This document shows, piece by piece, positions 13,901 to 27,400 of a stretch of 64,000 bases of DNA. The notes below the pieces were generated by a model. That model saw only the letters and a program-made list of their open reading frames with translations. It made no database searches and had not been told where the DNA came from. The translations under genes were made by a program, and so were the position numbers. The stretch's first letter is position 1. The number at the start of each line of letters is the position of its first letter. This DNA comes from Lytechinus pictus (taxonomy: Eukaryota): positions 20,832,001-20,896,000 of the forward strand of contig NC_087251.1 of assembly GCF_037042905.1 (NCBI RefSeq), written 5' to 3'.

Positions 13901-16241
13901 CCCCTTCTTTACCTTCACACCTCTACCCCTGTGCTTGGAACAATCCCGGGGGGGGGGGGGGGGGCACTTGAATTGACGTGTGGATACCATGCGCGACCAA
14001 AAAAACACGTAAAAAGGATGTCTATTTCAAGATTGGGCACATTACGTACGTAACGTAATAAGGGTGTCAAAAACACTAAAATAATGAAAAAAGGGTATCT
14101 ATTTTCGCTAGGAAAGCTATGTGATTAGGGTCAAATTTGCGAGGGTGTGAAAAATTAAGACTAAAATGTTTTATAAAGGATGTACTTTTTGCCCCAAGAG
14201 TCAATACTACGTGTTTAGAGTACGATTTTGTGGGAGGTGGGGCTGTACTAAACCCAATCAGGTAAAGGTAAAACCGACGACAGTGATATAACAATGAAAA
14301 TATCGCTGTACTTGTTTAGGGGGTCAATTCAGGGAATACATGTACTTGCCAAGAGTATCATTTTGTTTCCAATACTTGTTAAGGGTAGGGTTTCACACAC
14401 CAATACTTGTTAAGGGGTGCATTTTCAGAATATGGAAAATACATGTTTAGGGTGCTTTTCGAGACCCCATGGTCGCGCATGGTATCCACTCGTCAATGGA
14501 AGTGGCCCCCCCCCCCCCCAATCATAGTTGGCATGATGTACTACCCAGATTGTAGTGGATCATGATCTTCATCAGTGTTTACTTTGACACCTCTTCTATT
14601 GTGTTTGTCACACCCATTTTTCTCGCCTTCATGGATTCTGTTTGTACAGAAATGTACACCTCAAAATCAACCACAATGAACAAAATACTGTAAATTTAGT
14701 GTTAAAATTATATAGAGCTTTATTGTGTAGTCTGAAAACAAACTTTGAATGAATTTCAATATTTAGTTCTATATTTACATGTACATGTACTCGTGTAAAA
14801 ACATGTACCGTACCTGTCCTTGTGGAATATCATTTGCAAATATTCAAGAGAAATTTGTTTTATAAAAAAATCGAATTACACTTGATGCTCTCTTTGAATG
14901 AATGTCATGTTTCTTTCTATTTTCAGCTTTAGGGATGGGAAGCGTGCATGAAGGATCTCTTTTTTAATTAAACTCTTGTGAAGATCAGACATTTTCCATG
15001 TCATCATTGTCATGCGGCCCATCATGGTTTAAGTAACGGTAATCTTATTTAAAAGATATTATGTATGGATGGCTGGCTAAGAATCTGTAATAACATATTT
15101 CTTGATTCTTTCCACATATCCCCCCCCCCCCCAGGAAATTGAGCTGGTAGAAGAACCAGAATGCACAGAGGTATTTCCAGCATTCCTGAAGTTCCTGTAT
15201 TCTTGCCACATTGTCCTGACCATAGAGAATACACTTCCAATCCTGATGTTGGCTGATAAATACAATGTCTGTGATCTACGCAGGGTCTGCATTGAGTTTG
15301 CTACCAACAACATCATGCCGAAGTTGCCTCTGAAAGATGTCTTCCATGTGTGGTACCAGTATGCTACAAAGTGCTATCATCAAGTACTGATTACAGCTTC
15401 TGTCAAGGCACTCTCTCCTAAAGCTGATGACATAATGTCATTGCCAGACTGGAGCGGGGAATGGCTTGCTCTCGATAGAGATCAGCTCGTTCAGTTCTTG
15501 AAGAGCTCACATCTAACTGTCAGGAATGAACTGCTTGTCTTCAGGGCAGTCATCAAGTGGATTGAATCGCCAATGCATCCAGAGCGAATGCAAAAGATGG
15601 AAGATCTTCTGAAGGAGATACTCCCACATATACGATTTCCTATGATGACCCCAGAGCAACTGCAACAACTAGAGAATCACAGGGTTGTTGAACAATTCCC
15701 GGGACTGTTTTCAACCCCACTTCTACATGCATACAAGTTCAATGCACTTCCTTTGGAGTCAAGAGCAAACAACCCAGACTTCTCCTCTACAAGTTACCTT
15801 CTGAGAAATTACACTGATCTGAGATGGGACAAGAGAATCGTCCTGTCAGGGTATTCACAATTTAACAAGCTACAGGAAGTGATGCCAAGGTTTTCAACAA
15901 AATCCTCATCATATCCTCACTCCAGTTGGGATTGGGAACTGAAGATCTACCCCAAGGGATCTTCGTCAAGCAATGATTCTGCATCAAGCAACTTCCGCAT
16001 GATCCTATATTCCAATGTGGTCCTGGACCAACCTAGACCCATTGAATACATAGTTCAGGTTGTGAATGATTCCAAGGTTCTTGCTGTCACAAGTGGCAAG
16101 AAGAACTTTACTAAATCTCGATATCACATCGATACAGACATTGATAAGAAAGTTCCTTTGAATGATCTTTTGGCACCATCAAGTGAGTATATTGTTAATG
16201 ATGAACTTGTTGTTCAAGTCTTTCTCAAACCCTTACAGTGA
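7481..16241 (+). CDS. BTB/POZ-BACK domain protein with C-terminal MATH/TRAF-like domain (BTBD17-like); coding exons 7481-7921 + 15135-16241, about 515 aa
   Basis: Exon A encodes the BTB start (FYNNPQLSDIKLKVG..FNAHKLVLVRCSEVFERMF) and ends AAA|gtgagt in phase 0. Exon B follows a polyC-cag acceptor and continues EIELVEEPEC..FLKFLYS (rest of BTB), then BACK (WLALDRDQLVQFLKSSHLTVRNELLVFRAVIKW..ILPHIRFPMM) and a MATH-like WDWELKIYPKG segment, ending at TGA 16239-16241. Confidence 0.88.
8783..9384. mobile_element. Non-autonomous DNA transposon (MITE), TTAA TSD, AGG..T ends (Kolobok-like)
   Basis: TTAA|AGGACAAGTCCA..TGGACTTGATCT|TTAA with long imperfect subterminal inverted repeats; related copies at 17447 and 40808. 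Confidence 0.85.
11217..12659. mobile_element. Old DNA-transposon remnant with repeated ggggtaagttg/caacttacccc motifs, containing a nested fragment ending ggttaa at about 12093
   Basis: atcggggtaagttag..(internal copies at 12247-12302)..caacttaccccg..ctaaccccgat. Confidence 0.55.
13945..14519. mobile_element. MITE with polyG/polyC termini
   Basis: cccg(G)n-cactt..tggataccatgcgcgacca / tggtcgcgcatggtatcca..aagtgg(C)n. Confidence 0.8.
15135..16241 (+). CDS. BTB-BACK gene terminal coding exon B
   Basis: 1107-nt open frame after the ccccag acceptor; in frame with exon A. Confidence 0.9.
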   Translation, partial: EIELVEEPECTEVFPAFLKFLYSCHIVLTIENTLPILMLADKYNVCDLRRVCIEFATNNIMPKLPLKDVFHVWYQYATKCYHQVLITASVKALSPKADDIMSLPDWSGEWLALDRDQLVQFLKSSHLTVRNELLVFRAVIKWIESPMHPERMQKMEDLLKEILPHIRFPMMTPEQLQQLENHRVVEQFPGLFSTPLLHAYKFNALPLESRANNPDFSSTSYLLRNYTDLRWDKRIVLSGYSQFNKLQEVMPRFSTKSSSYPHSSWDWELKIYPKGSSSSNDSASSNFRMILYSNVVLDQPRPIEYIVQVVNDSKVLAVTSGKKNFTKSRYHIDTDIDKKVPLNDLLAPSSEYIVNDELVVQVFLKPLQ

Positions 16242-17446
16242 TATGGACTTCTTTCATTTGCCATGGACCAAGCTATGACTGAAAATAAGGGTATTGATTC
16301 ATCTAACTTTCATATTTTGTAGATTTGCTTTAATAATATATTTATGTCAACACGCAAAATGCTAGAGATTGTCAAAGAGACTTGTTGGTTTCGAGAAACT
16401 GTTACCAGAACCCAAAATGGCTGTACATGTATCCCGCTATTCCTGGCCCCAGCCCCTGTCGTGAATATGATTGCATTCCATATTTTATTTTACACTCTTC
16501 CATGATGGAAATGACATGGATATTTGATGTTCAACCCATTGGAATTGCCTGCTTTGGATTTGATTGTGCACCATGTGAAGAGTATAAGTATAAAATTTTG
16601 AACTTACACAGGTAATTATTACATGAAATGATCCACTGTTGGTGTTTGTTTTATTTCCCCCCCCCCCTAATAAAAGTAAACACTGAATCAATTTTCTAAA
16701 ATCTTTGAAATGCTGTACAATTTAGGCAAAATTTTCATTGAATTTTGCCATTTTGGATTTAATTCATGAGATTTAGTCTTGGAGATGTGACATGGGGTGA
16801 ATCATATGGATGAAGCACCTTCGGTTGTGCTAAAAATTTACAAAGGTTTATAAAAACGCATGCATGTCTTGTCCAAGATACATGTATGTTAGAAACATGA
16901 GTTGAGACATAACATTTATGCCAGAATCATGTTTCAAAATATTTTCTGAAAAACTGTGTGACACAAATATCTAAATTACATTTTCCACAATTTTATTATG
17001 AGGAGGACCTATCCTTTTGGGTCTTAAGAAATACAAAGCACAATATTGAAAACTCTTGAAGTGGTAGTAGATACATATATTTCCCACACATAACAGAAAC
17101 AGTACTTACATGTAGACAAACCTATTTTTTATAGGCGCTATATAAATATTGAATTATTTTTATTATTATTAATTTTAGAAGTGTTAGGATGTAACATGTG
17201 TATACATGTACATTATGTATGTATTATTATTATTATAAAAGCAGAACATTGAAATGTAGGATATAACATGACATCAGCATAATTGTTATGGCTTATGCTC
17301 TGTTTTGTGTCATATATCTCACTCTCCCATACGACACATGCATATATCTTAAAACTTTTTCTTAACATATCCAAAGGAGCCTTTTCCATCATCTGTTATC
17401 AAAAGAAGTGATAAATTTGATGATAAGAGTCATTTCTCACCTTTAA

Positions 17447-18047
17447 AGGTCAAGTCCATCCCAGAAAAAAGTTGATTTGAATAAATAGAGAAAAATCAGA
17501 TAAGCATAATGCTGAAAATTTCATCAAAATCGGACGTAAAATAAGAAAGTTGTGACATTTTAAAGTTTCACTTATTTTTCACAAAATGTTAGATGAACGA
17601 GTCAGTTACACGCAAATGAGTGAGTCGATGATGTCACTCACTCACTATTTCTTTTGTTTTTTATTGTTTGAATTATACAATATTTCATTTTTTACAGATT
17701 TGACAATAAGGACAAACTTGACTGAACCATATAATGTTAAACAATGGTAATTCCACATGTTCAGAGAGAAATAAAACTTTGTTTCACAGGACTATGGGGA
17801 GAAAATTAGAATATTTCGTATTTCATATAATAAAATACAAAAGAAATAGAGAGTGAGTGATGTCATCAGTTCACTCATTTGCATACCAACCGAAATGTGC
17901 ATATAACTGTTTTGTTAAATGAAGCGCAACTTTAAAATGTCATAACTTTCTTATTTTACATCTGATTTTGATGAAATTTTCAGCATTATGCTGTTGGATT
18001 TTTTTCTTGTTATTCAAATCAAGTTTTTGTTGGGGTGGACTTGTCCT
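17447..18047. mobile_element. Same TTAA MITE family, opposite orientation
   Basis: TTAA|AGGTCAAGTCCA..TGGACTTGTCCT|TTAA. Confidence 0.85.
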
Positions 18048-19514
18048 TTAATACCTATGTACTCTCCCAGTCTGATGAAATACAGCAAACTGCTTTAAAC
18101 ATTAGCTGGCATAATTCAAAACAGACATGAAATAGATTTAAAACCAATAGCCTGCCAATGACAATTTATATTTACCATCTACTTGCTATTTAGGGGACAC
18201 TTTGCAAAATATGAAAGAAATAAACTTGTGAAAGTATGGAAGTTGTACGTAATGACTGTAGATTGTAATTAATGAGTATTACAAACAGGTGATGTATATC
18301 AGTAGGTTATTGGTTTGGGTGAAAATGATTTTGAATTTCAGTCATTAATTAGCCTCAGATGTTGAATATTCAATTTATGAAGACTTTACTTTATTTATTG
18401 TGTACTTTGTATTGTACACCCTTGAAGAAGTTTGAAATACCATTCCAGAATACGTGTATTCTTTCATTATCTGATACTCTAAAATTGCTTTTGTGTTAAT
18501 TTATAAAGCTTTTATAAATTTGCACATTTTTTTACCATTTCCTACAACCAAGATTCCAATTTCCATTTCTGAAAAAGAGCAAGTCTAGGTGTTAGTGATT
18601 AAATTAGTGCATTCCAAAATCTGATCATTGTATGATAAAAAGGTATACACTTGTCTGAGAGTATTTTATAGTGTTTGAACTATACATGAGAGTATTAAAA
18701 AGCATCGCTAATAGTGTGTTGTTACCCATTTCCTGTTCGATTATTGAATCTATGAGAAATTACCTAGTGAAATGAAACATTAACAAAACAAAATCCTCAT
18801 AATTTTACTTATTTTATAAAAATTTACTTTTAAAATAGTATCTTCCCCCATCAGGGGCAGGTCCGGTGTAAATTGTTCAAAACGTTATGGTTTTGAAATG
18901 TGAATGAAATATTAACTACGTGCACATGTACATATATGTGGTATTAATATTGAGCAAACATTGATGGTATTATAGTATAGCTTATCAAACAAAAACTGAA
19001 AGCCATAGTTGCCATACAGATCAAATGGATTAATAATCCCTCATGAATGATAATCTTTTTTTATGTTGCTGAACATTACAAAATGTTGCTGTTGTATATG
19101 ACAAGATGCATACCATGTACACGCTTCTCTGAGCTCAGATTTGCCTGTACATGAATGGCAATGTCTGTGGTAGTCAGTATGTTGTATTAGAATAAACTTT
19201 GAATATAAAAAGTGCAATAGTTAAACAAAGAATGCAAAGAATTGTGATTTAATAGTATTAGTGTACGGTATTTAAATGCAGTGCGCACACTTGATTCTCT
19301 AGTATTGTGGTACATTATGTGAACAAGCTGCTACAGTAGGAAAATGACGAGTGTTCTAGAAACCATCTCAAAACCAAGCTTTAATACTTTAACAAATAAT
19401 AGGTTATATGTAATTATATTTTTGTGTATTAACTTGAAAGTCTCAATATCACCATTTAGATATACAGCTAGCTTAAAGCCAGCATATAATTTTGATTGAA
19501 AAAAAATCAAACCT

Positions 19515-19683
19515 GGTGGGTGTTTCATAAAGCTGTTCGTAAGTTAAGAGCAACTTTAAGAACGACTGGTGAGTGGTGATCCTTTCTTATGGCGAATGGT
19601 ATATTCATTAGCGATGGTTTTGCGCGTAAAAAAAGGATCACCAGTTGTTCTTAAAGTCACTCTTAACTGACGAACAGCTTTAT
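19515..19683. mobile_element. Same short MITE family
   Basis: gtgtttcataaagctgttcgtaagttaagagc..tcttaactgacgaacagctttat. Confidence 0.75.
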
Positions 19684-22600
19684 CAATGAAGCTTATTTCT
19701 TCTATTTGCTTTTCAAAGACCAAATAACTATTTTGGCTATTAATAGAGAACCTTCCCTGGTGACTTATTGTTGGTTTGGGGGTTGGCTGGTCACATATTC
19801 CAATTGTGCGTGTCTGCGGAAATGTGAAATACCCCGTTTTCTTTGCTCAACCTTTTGTATGGTAGTGATATGCAATGCATGAAAATTAAATGCTGAAGAC
19901 AATTGGTGTTACTTGTTGGAATGTTTGAACAAGCATAGATTAGAGGGTACTAGTACGATGCTCATTGCTATTAGTCTAATAGATGATGCACAAAGTCACA
20001 ACCTGCCAGGCCTATAACCCGCCATACACCTGAATAGAGAATTTATTGATATACGTGTATTTGAAACTGCCTTTCTTCATGTTATTTTTGTTCTGATGAT
20101 TGAGGTCTGTGACAAACCTAGTAACAAAAAGTTAGAATTGTATTGTAAGAATTGAGTGGATCCTTTATTATACACCCCAAGATGATGTATTATTCATGCA
20201 AAATAAGCCCCTCCTACACACAACCCCTCAAAAACCCAACCAGAACACAAGACATCACCTCATCAGGCAATTCTGTTCTTTGATACAATAAATTGAGTGA
20301 TTATTATGAAGTGGTTATATATCAGTGAATAGATAATTTGACTGTTGACATGTATGTATTCATCCATTAGATTCGATTCAATTCAATTTTATTTACATCC
20401 ATTTTAATCTTCTTGGTATTCTGTACATGTATACTATGCTGAGAGTGTGTTAGCGATAGAATGTATTCGCAGTTTGGCACTGTTTGCTATAAAGTAACAA
20501 CAAGTTACAAGCTCTTGACATGGTGCCATATGATTGGTTGAGAAGAAAAAATAGTAATCAAATGTATTTTACAGCACAATTTTATGAAACAAGGCACTCG
20601 CTCATACAATTTGGAACAATGCAATTGCTATCATTATCAACAACAAGTTACAAGCTAGTCTTACAAGCTACTATTGTATTTACTGACATCAAATTTGTTA
20701 TAGATTTCTACTTAGAAATAGGGCTCATGTTAATTCTTTCATCATAGGCCAAATCCATCCCCTTTATATTTATAAACCAGTATGTTAGTAGATCTTTGCA
20801 ATTCAATGATATTGTATCCAGAAGACATAATGAAATTATGTTTTTCTGTGCATCCAACATTTAATGTGAAAATATACTTCAATCTCTAATTTTATTTTGA
20901 TATATGCATTTACATGTATCACCTGTCACCCATGCTATTTATTGGTATATTTTTCATGAATTTGTTCATCAAATAAATGACATATATTGAATGTGTAATA
21001 GAATATGTGAAAGTGTGAATGAAAATAGCTGCTTAATTGTGTGAAACTACATATGTATTTGTATTTTATTTCACTGTTCTGCTGCATTTGAAAAAAAAAA
21101 TGCCACAGAACTCTAAGTAGATGTATGTGTTGGTATTAAGAAGGAAAAAAAGTTGAACTTTTTGTCAACATTGCCAATGGAAATTGAATTGTGGGAAAGT
21201 GGCATCACATTAATTTCATACTTTAGAATGCGGTAAGAATGTAATACCATCTGCTTTAGTCATGAATGAAAATGGGCTGTGCAAGTATCCAATCCTTTTG
21301 CAAGTACAATTAATTGATATTGTAAACTCAATTGTCTTAAATGATATACCAAATCCTTTTTATTTATATGTGTTTGCCCGTGTCTGTATAATATTGTTAT
21401 TTGTTTAATGTAATGTAACCAATTTGGGTATTTCATTTCTACTTGTCCAAGTGACTTGCCTTCAGTTAGTTGCAAAATCAGTGAATAAATCTGGTTTAAA
21501 CTAAATCTCTATAAAGATAAAACACTATTTGACTGTATTCATTATTGTCTACACTGAGTTATGCCTTGGTATGTGTGTAGAGTAAAAGTGAAATGACTTA
21601 CTAAAGGACATTTTCATGGTTTTCATAATCTATTGTGACGGTGTAAAAACAATCATTCAATGATAAAAAGATGAACTGCAGAATTTTGTACACATAGATA
21701 ATCCAGAAATTTATTTGAAAAAACATAACATGTTTTGTAACAACTTAAAATAGTAATTACAGTTCTAAGTGAAACATTGTTAGGCACACTCAGCTCAGAC
21801 AAAGCCTATTTCTTGTTTAACAAAACAAATAACATCAAGGATGAGAATAGAAATGTTATGAAGATAATGAGTTTGAAGGAAGATTGAGTTATAAAAGGAA
21901 AGAAGAAGGAAAGAAATTGATTGGTAGAGAGAGATGGTGGGGAGAAGAGTGAGCAAGAAATTCTAACAGAGAGAACAGGTGAAAGTGCTTAAATTGAAAC
22001 AGAAAGCATGAGGAATAATCCAGGAAGATATACAAACTTATTAGTTAGAATATAATGCCAACATAAATTATCAAAGAAAGCAAAAATAAAACATTGACTT
22101 GGTTTGAAAAAATTTACCAAAAAAAAACACTTATCACTGCAAAATGTAGGTCATTTCGGTCCAGAGAAATTTGGCAAGTAAAAAGAAAAGAAAGAGTTTC
22201 ACTACAAAATGGAAATCATTTTGGTTTCTCCATTTTGGCACAGCTTACACAGGGTGCTTCCTATGAAGAATAACACGCAGCACCCCCCCCCCCCACCCCC
22301 AATGGGAAATGATTGTGAAGATCGGCTTGAATTCATCACCAACTCTTTTGTTATTGAACAGTTGAAAGAAAAGGAAACGTAGTTGTGACAGAAAGAGACC
22401 ACAAATACATGTGCCTGGGCTTGGTGGTGATGGAGGGGGGGGGGGGGTGGGCACTGCACTCGTCCATGGAACTAAATAAGGACCCTATGTGGTTGCTTGA
22501 CCTCAGAGTACCCCAACAAGTATTTTTTTTCTTTAAATGTCTGTCTCAAATATTCTATTTTTATTTTCATGATGAAATTCCAAAAGCATGCGCACAAGCT

Positions 22601-22948
22601 AGGCTGTTGAAAATGTGAAATGGTATAAACTCCCCTTTTCGTGATTTTGTTGATTTCATAAAATTTAATATCCCTTTCACAGTACGGACGTATATCGCCT
22701 GATGGTGAAAACAAACAAAACGCTTTTAGGTGCTTTTGTGGTCGAGCATGGAGTCTATCTTTAAGTGCCCCCGAATACAAATTAAATAGAGAAGGAAGGA
22801 TAATAGATCGAGGCCAATGAATGAAGGCCACAAAATATCAAAAGTCAATGATAGACTCATACATGGACATGACCTGAGAAATATATATATTTTTTAATAA
22901 ACCTTTTAACTGAAATTCCATCTTGCTATTTAGAAAGCGTGCTATAAT

Positions 22949-23346
22949 CCCGGGGGTGGGGGCAGTCAAATGTTTTTTTTTTTTTTTACAGTTTTGGACG
23001 CGGGCCGCGCGTGCACTCGTTGAGGGTATAAAAAACACGCGATTTTCAAGAAAAAGGCTGGTTTTGAGAAACTGGCCAATGGTCAATCGGCGGGCTCAAA
23101 CGTATTAAGGGCATGTTTTTTTTCAAAGACTAGCCAAACATGTTTGGGGTATGTTTTTCCCCAAGCTTTTCTCCGGGGTCATATTCTTGAGACAACTGTT
23201 TTAGGGGCCAAAATGTGTAAATGAAGCCCGCAAAGAACTTGTTTAAGGGGGTATTTGCATACAGAGAAAAACTTGTTTAGGGGTGTTTGGAAATAATTGG
23301 TCATGTGTACAGCAATACATTTGACTCCCCCCCCCCCCCACCTGGG
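22949..23346. mobile_element. Related polyG/polyC-ended MITE
   Basis: cccgggggtgggggcagtcaaatgt / acatttgact(C)n-acctggg; shares cttgtttagggg internal motifs with 13945-14519. Confidence 0.7.
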
Positions 23347-23979
23347 CATTTAACCTTCCTTTCATTACCGTCATCTGAGATCACAAGATTTCATACTGGG
23401 AGAGAGGCCAATGCAAGGGATGGGGTACTCACCCCTCAGGAAGGGAAATACAGTGTATATCAATATTATTTAAAAGTATTCTGTCAGGGGAGGATTTGTG
23501 AAAGCATGATTATTATCATAAAAAGAATTGTTTGAAAACCAAGAGATCGCAATAAAGATGAAAGGAGAAAATACTATAAAAAAGAGATAGAGAAATTAAT
23601 CCGGGTGAATACCTCTAATTACGTCCTCTATCATGTAGGAGGTGGCCGCGAGAGAGGGGGGGGGGGGTTAGAACCCAGTGAGTTGCAGATTTAAAGAACT
23701 TGCCAGATGCCTTGAGAGTGATGACCCTGAGGGGCCGGGGCTTGTCAAATATTTATGGACAAACGCTCCTTTCCCTGTGCTCTTTTTTTGTTTTCTTCAT
23801 ATTTCATTGAACTTCATTAGTTCATACAGTAATTCCGTGATTATTGTAAAGAAGTAAATTATAAGCCTATCAATGAAACTTTGGATTCCACTCGATCCTT
23901 TCCTTACTTTCTTTTCTTCTTCTCGCTCGTCACATTTAGCCTATTTTATCTTTCCTTCAAGTCCATTCACACTATCTCC

Positions 23980-24360
23980 CCTCCTTCTACGCTCTCTCTC
24001 CGCGGGACGGGGTGCAAACATGCAGTTGATTCATTTAAATTTGTAATTTACCCGGCGTCTCGCCGCCCCAAACCTATACTTTCATTTTCCTTTTCTTGTC
24101 TTTTTATTCGGAAAATCAATTTAAGTGTATTTTCTTGTCTTATTGTTTATCTGAGATCATTATTCAATACTTTATTTCTGTACTTTTTCCCTATAAGAAA
24201 ACAAGTAATCTTGACTTGTTTCTATTTTACTACCCTTTTTTCATATTGAATAAAGGTGATATAAAAAAATAGTCTATATTTTTTATCACCGCTTTTTCTA
24301 ACTTGATTTGTAACAGAATTGTTCAACTACACCATACCGGCTGTATTAACGAATTCACGA
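23980..24360 (+). promoter_or_regulatory. Putative DNAJC17 promoter/5' region
   Basis: CpG-retaining sequence (cgcgggacgggg, cccggcgtctcgccgcc) upstream of the ATG; CpG richness continues into intron 1. Confidence 0.35.
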
Positions 24361-24425
24361 TGAACGTTTCCGAGCTTGATTTGTACGATATCCTTGGGAT
24401 TCTACAAGATGCTGATCAAGATGCG
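24360..24425 (+). CDS. DNAJC17: DNAJC17 exon 1
   Basis: [25 protein letters not shown]|gtgagt. Confidence 0.88.
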
Positions 24426-27400
24426 GTGAGTGGATGTTAAGAGCAGTATGAAATTACAAAAATCTTCTGTTTCTTAAGGATTAATTTGATGTAGTGGCCT
24501 AGTATAACCAACGTACCATGATCAGTAGCACTCGAGCAGCGATCAAGCTCAGCTCAGACTGAGCATCGGCTAGAGCCGGCGAAGGCAGCCCAATGAAGCC
24601 CCGCTCGTGATCACCTACCTCGAGCGAAGTTCGTGCAGGCTCCACTCCACTTCACTACCGCTACACTACGCTTCACCTACCCGAACTTCGAGACCATGAA
24701 CTCGATCGGATATTCCAAGTGACAAAAGGTGGGATTTTATGGGGAGAAAATACACAATTCATGCAACATCACGATCTTTAAAAACAAGTGCAACTAATAT
24801 TCTTACTTTACACAAAGTTTCACTTCTTTTCCATGCTTCTAAGTTCTATCAGTCTCAAAATTGATGATTTAGAGCCAACATGAAGTTCCTCACACGTATA
24901 AATATGAATGCGCTGCCGACTTCAAACATCGCATGCGGGAGGTACCGGGTCTGGTCCGAGCTCGGACCCTTGCGCGCATGCGATGTTCTGAAATCGGCAG
25001 CGAATTATTACGTGGAAAAGAAGTGAAACTTTGTGTAAAGTAAGAATATTAGTTGTAGGGCCTAGGCCTACTTGTTTTTAAAGATCGTGATGTTGCATGA
25101 ATTTTGTATTTTCTCCCTATAAAATCCCACCTTTTGTCTCTCGGAATATCCGATCGAGTTCATAGTCTCGAAGTTCGGGTAGGTGGAGCGTAGTGTAGCG
25201 GTAGTGAAGTGGAGTGGAGCCTGCACGAACTTCGCTCGAGGTAGTGATCACCTAGACAGGAATAACCGTCGTTTCTGGGGATTTATTCAACAATTTCTGA
25301 CATTTTACTGTAATCCCCATTTACCGACGGTAGGGTGTACGTGTGGGCTCGCATGTGTTCTCATTCCCTCCCTTTTGTCAATTCACAGTCCAAAGTTTGA
25401 TGTAATTTTACACATCGAATTTACACTCTAAGGATGTAAAAACAACAAACTTTTAAAACTTGATATTCCATTATTAAAATACTTTAAACGATATAGATGA
25501 AAAGGCATGAAAATTATACTTTACCGATGTTTAATTGGGTTGAACACGATAAAAATGGTCAAAATGGCAGCCAAATATGAAATATTTACAAACGAACGGA
25601 GAGGGCGTCAACAATCACGAATGTGATATCGATATTGCTTTCGATATTATACGATCTGCTCCATATGTCCATATGCGAGCGAAACCGAAGATGAACGATA
25701 CTAGTTATACTAGTTATAATCGCGATATATCGAGACATTAAAAAGTTAATAACGATAATGACGTCATTCAAGATGGCAACTTGCAAGAAAAACCTTCAGG
25801 TCAGGTGAAAATGTCAGATTTCTCAATCATCCAGAGGATTTTTTTCAATAACTCCGGCCCAAGGTATGCAATTACTTAAGTTATTTATATTTCCCTGATA
25901 ATGGAAACCATGAAACTTTTAATTTTGCTTAAAAAACAGTTTTAAATCGTGATCTATAAAACGCTAGTTCACTATACGTTGGCTGTAGGTACGGGCCCCC
26001 ATCCTCTTCAGTCTATGTATGGTGAGTGGAGCCAACGTAGTTCAGCGGAACAACCAAAATACAGAGACTGAAGCTTTTGGTCTAGTGATCACCATGCTCA
26101 CAGCTGCCGCAGTCAGTCCAAACTTCGCGTGTGTCCACTTCGCGGACGGTCATTATCTAAAAAACTAGCCAATATCCTTAAAATCTGACATCATCAATGT
26201 GAAAAGTGACCTAAAATTACCCTTTGGTGTAAGTTTCTTTAGGAGGAGTTCAGTATTCATGAATCTACTTCTAGTACCGTAATCATGTAATGCTTACTCT
26301 CCACGGGCACAGAGCGCGTCCCATTCACGTGCGTGTACCACGAAAAAAATATAAAAACCCGAAACTTTCGCCCCCGAGATTTCTACTTTCCTTCTAAAAG
26401 ATCTAGCCCTAAATCATGTAAATGGGATTCAACTTCATTTCCGACATTTCTACGATATTATTGATTTCATTTTTAAACAATTCAATTAAAAAACAAGAAA
26501 AATATGAAAAGATGGGGAAAACTTGCCACCGTGTTTACGTCACCATCTTGATTTCTTTGTCTTTCGCCAAGGATACAGGACGCATATCGTGATATGCGTT
26601 CTGTATCCTTTTTTTGTATCAGTCACTTGGTGCAAGGATGTAAAATTATTACATGAAAAAGTGCTTCCTAAAAAGGTCTGGAAAACTATTACCTGGTGTG
26701 TCATGATGTTTTCTAGATCTAGTCTATAAAAATATGATGATAATCATCCTGCATGTTTTGACAAATTGATTATTGATTATCTTCTTCATTTTGAAGCAGC
26801 ACTTACTGACCTCTGGAAGAAGAAGAATATTGAAATCTTACTTTTTCACAATATGCATGACAAAAAGTTTGTTTTGGGGGAAAAGGCCAAGCCCAAGGGT
26901 CTTTATATCCTGGTTAATATTGAGAACAGGACAAGGTAATGGACATACCTTGCTTCTTTTGATAGTTCTTCCTATAAGTTCTTTTCCATGAACAAAAACA
27001 TTCAATGTTGGTACCAGCTCGCCCAATCAAAAACTTGCTCAACCTGTAAAATCTAGACAATTTATCCATGCCAAACAATTTCCAAACTGTCATACAACAA
27101 ACATTATTAACAAGACAAATGTCAAAAAATTAAAGTGTGACACTTATCAATTTTTGAAGTATAGGCCTTTTTGATGATTTGAAAGTAATGAAATCTAATA
27201 GTTTATTAAATTGTAACATGTCTAATTTCAAACTTTTCATTGTTTTTTTAAACAGATTAAGAAAGCGTACAGGAGAAAGGCACTGAAATGCCATCCAGAT
27301 AAAAACCCAGACAATCCTCAAGCTGGTAAGCTTACAATATTTGTACGAATTTGTTAATTGTTAATCCAAGTTTGTACATATATGTTACAACTTACATGTA

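Noticed and set aside
15102-15134. N-terminal part of the listed 379-aa ORF (MILSTYPPPPQ)
   Set aside because: This is the polypyrimidine tract and acceptor of the intron; the exon begins at 15135.
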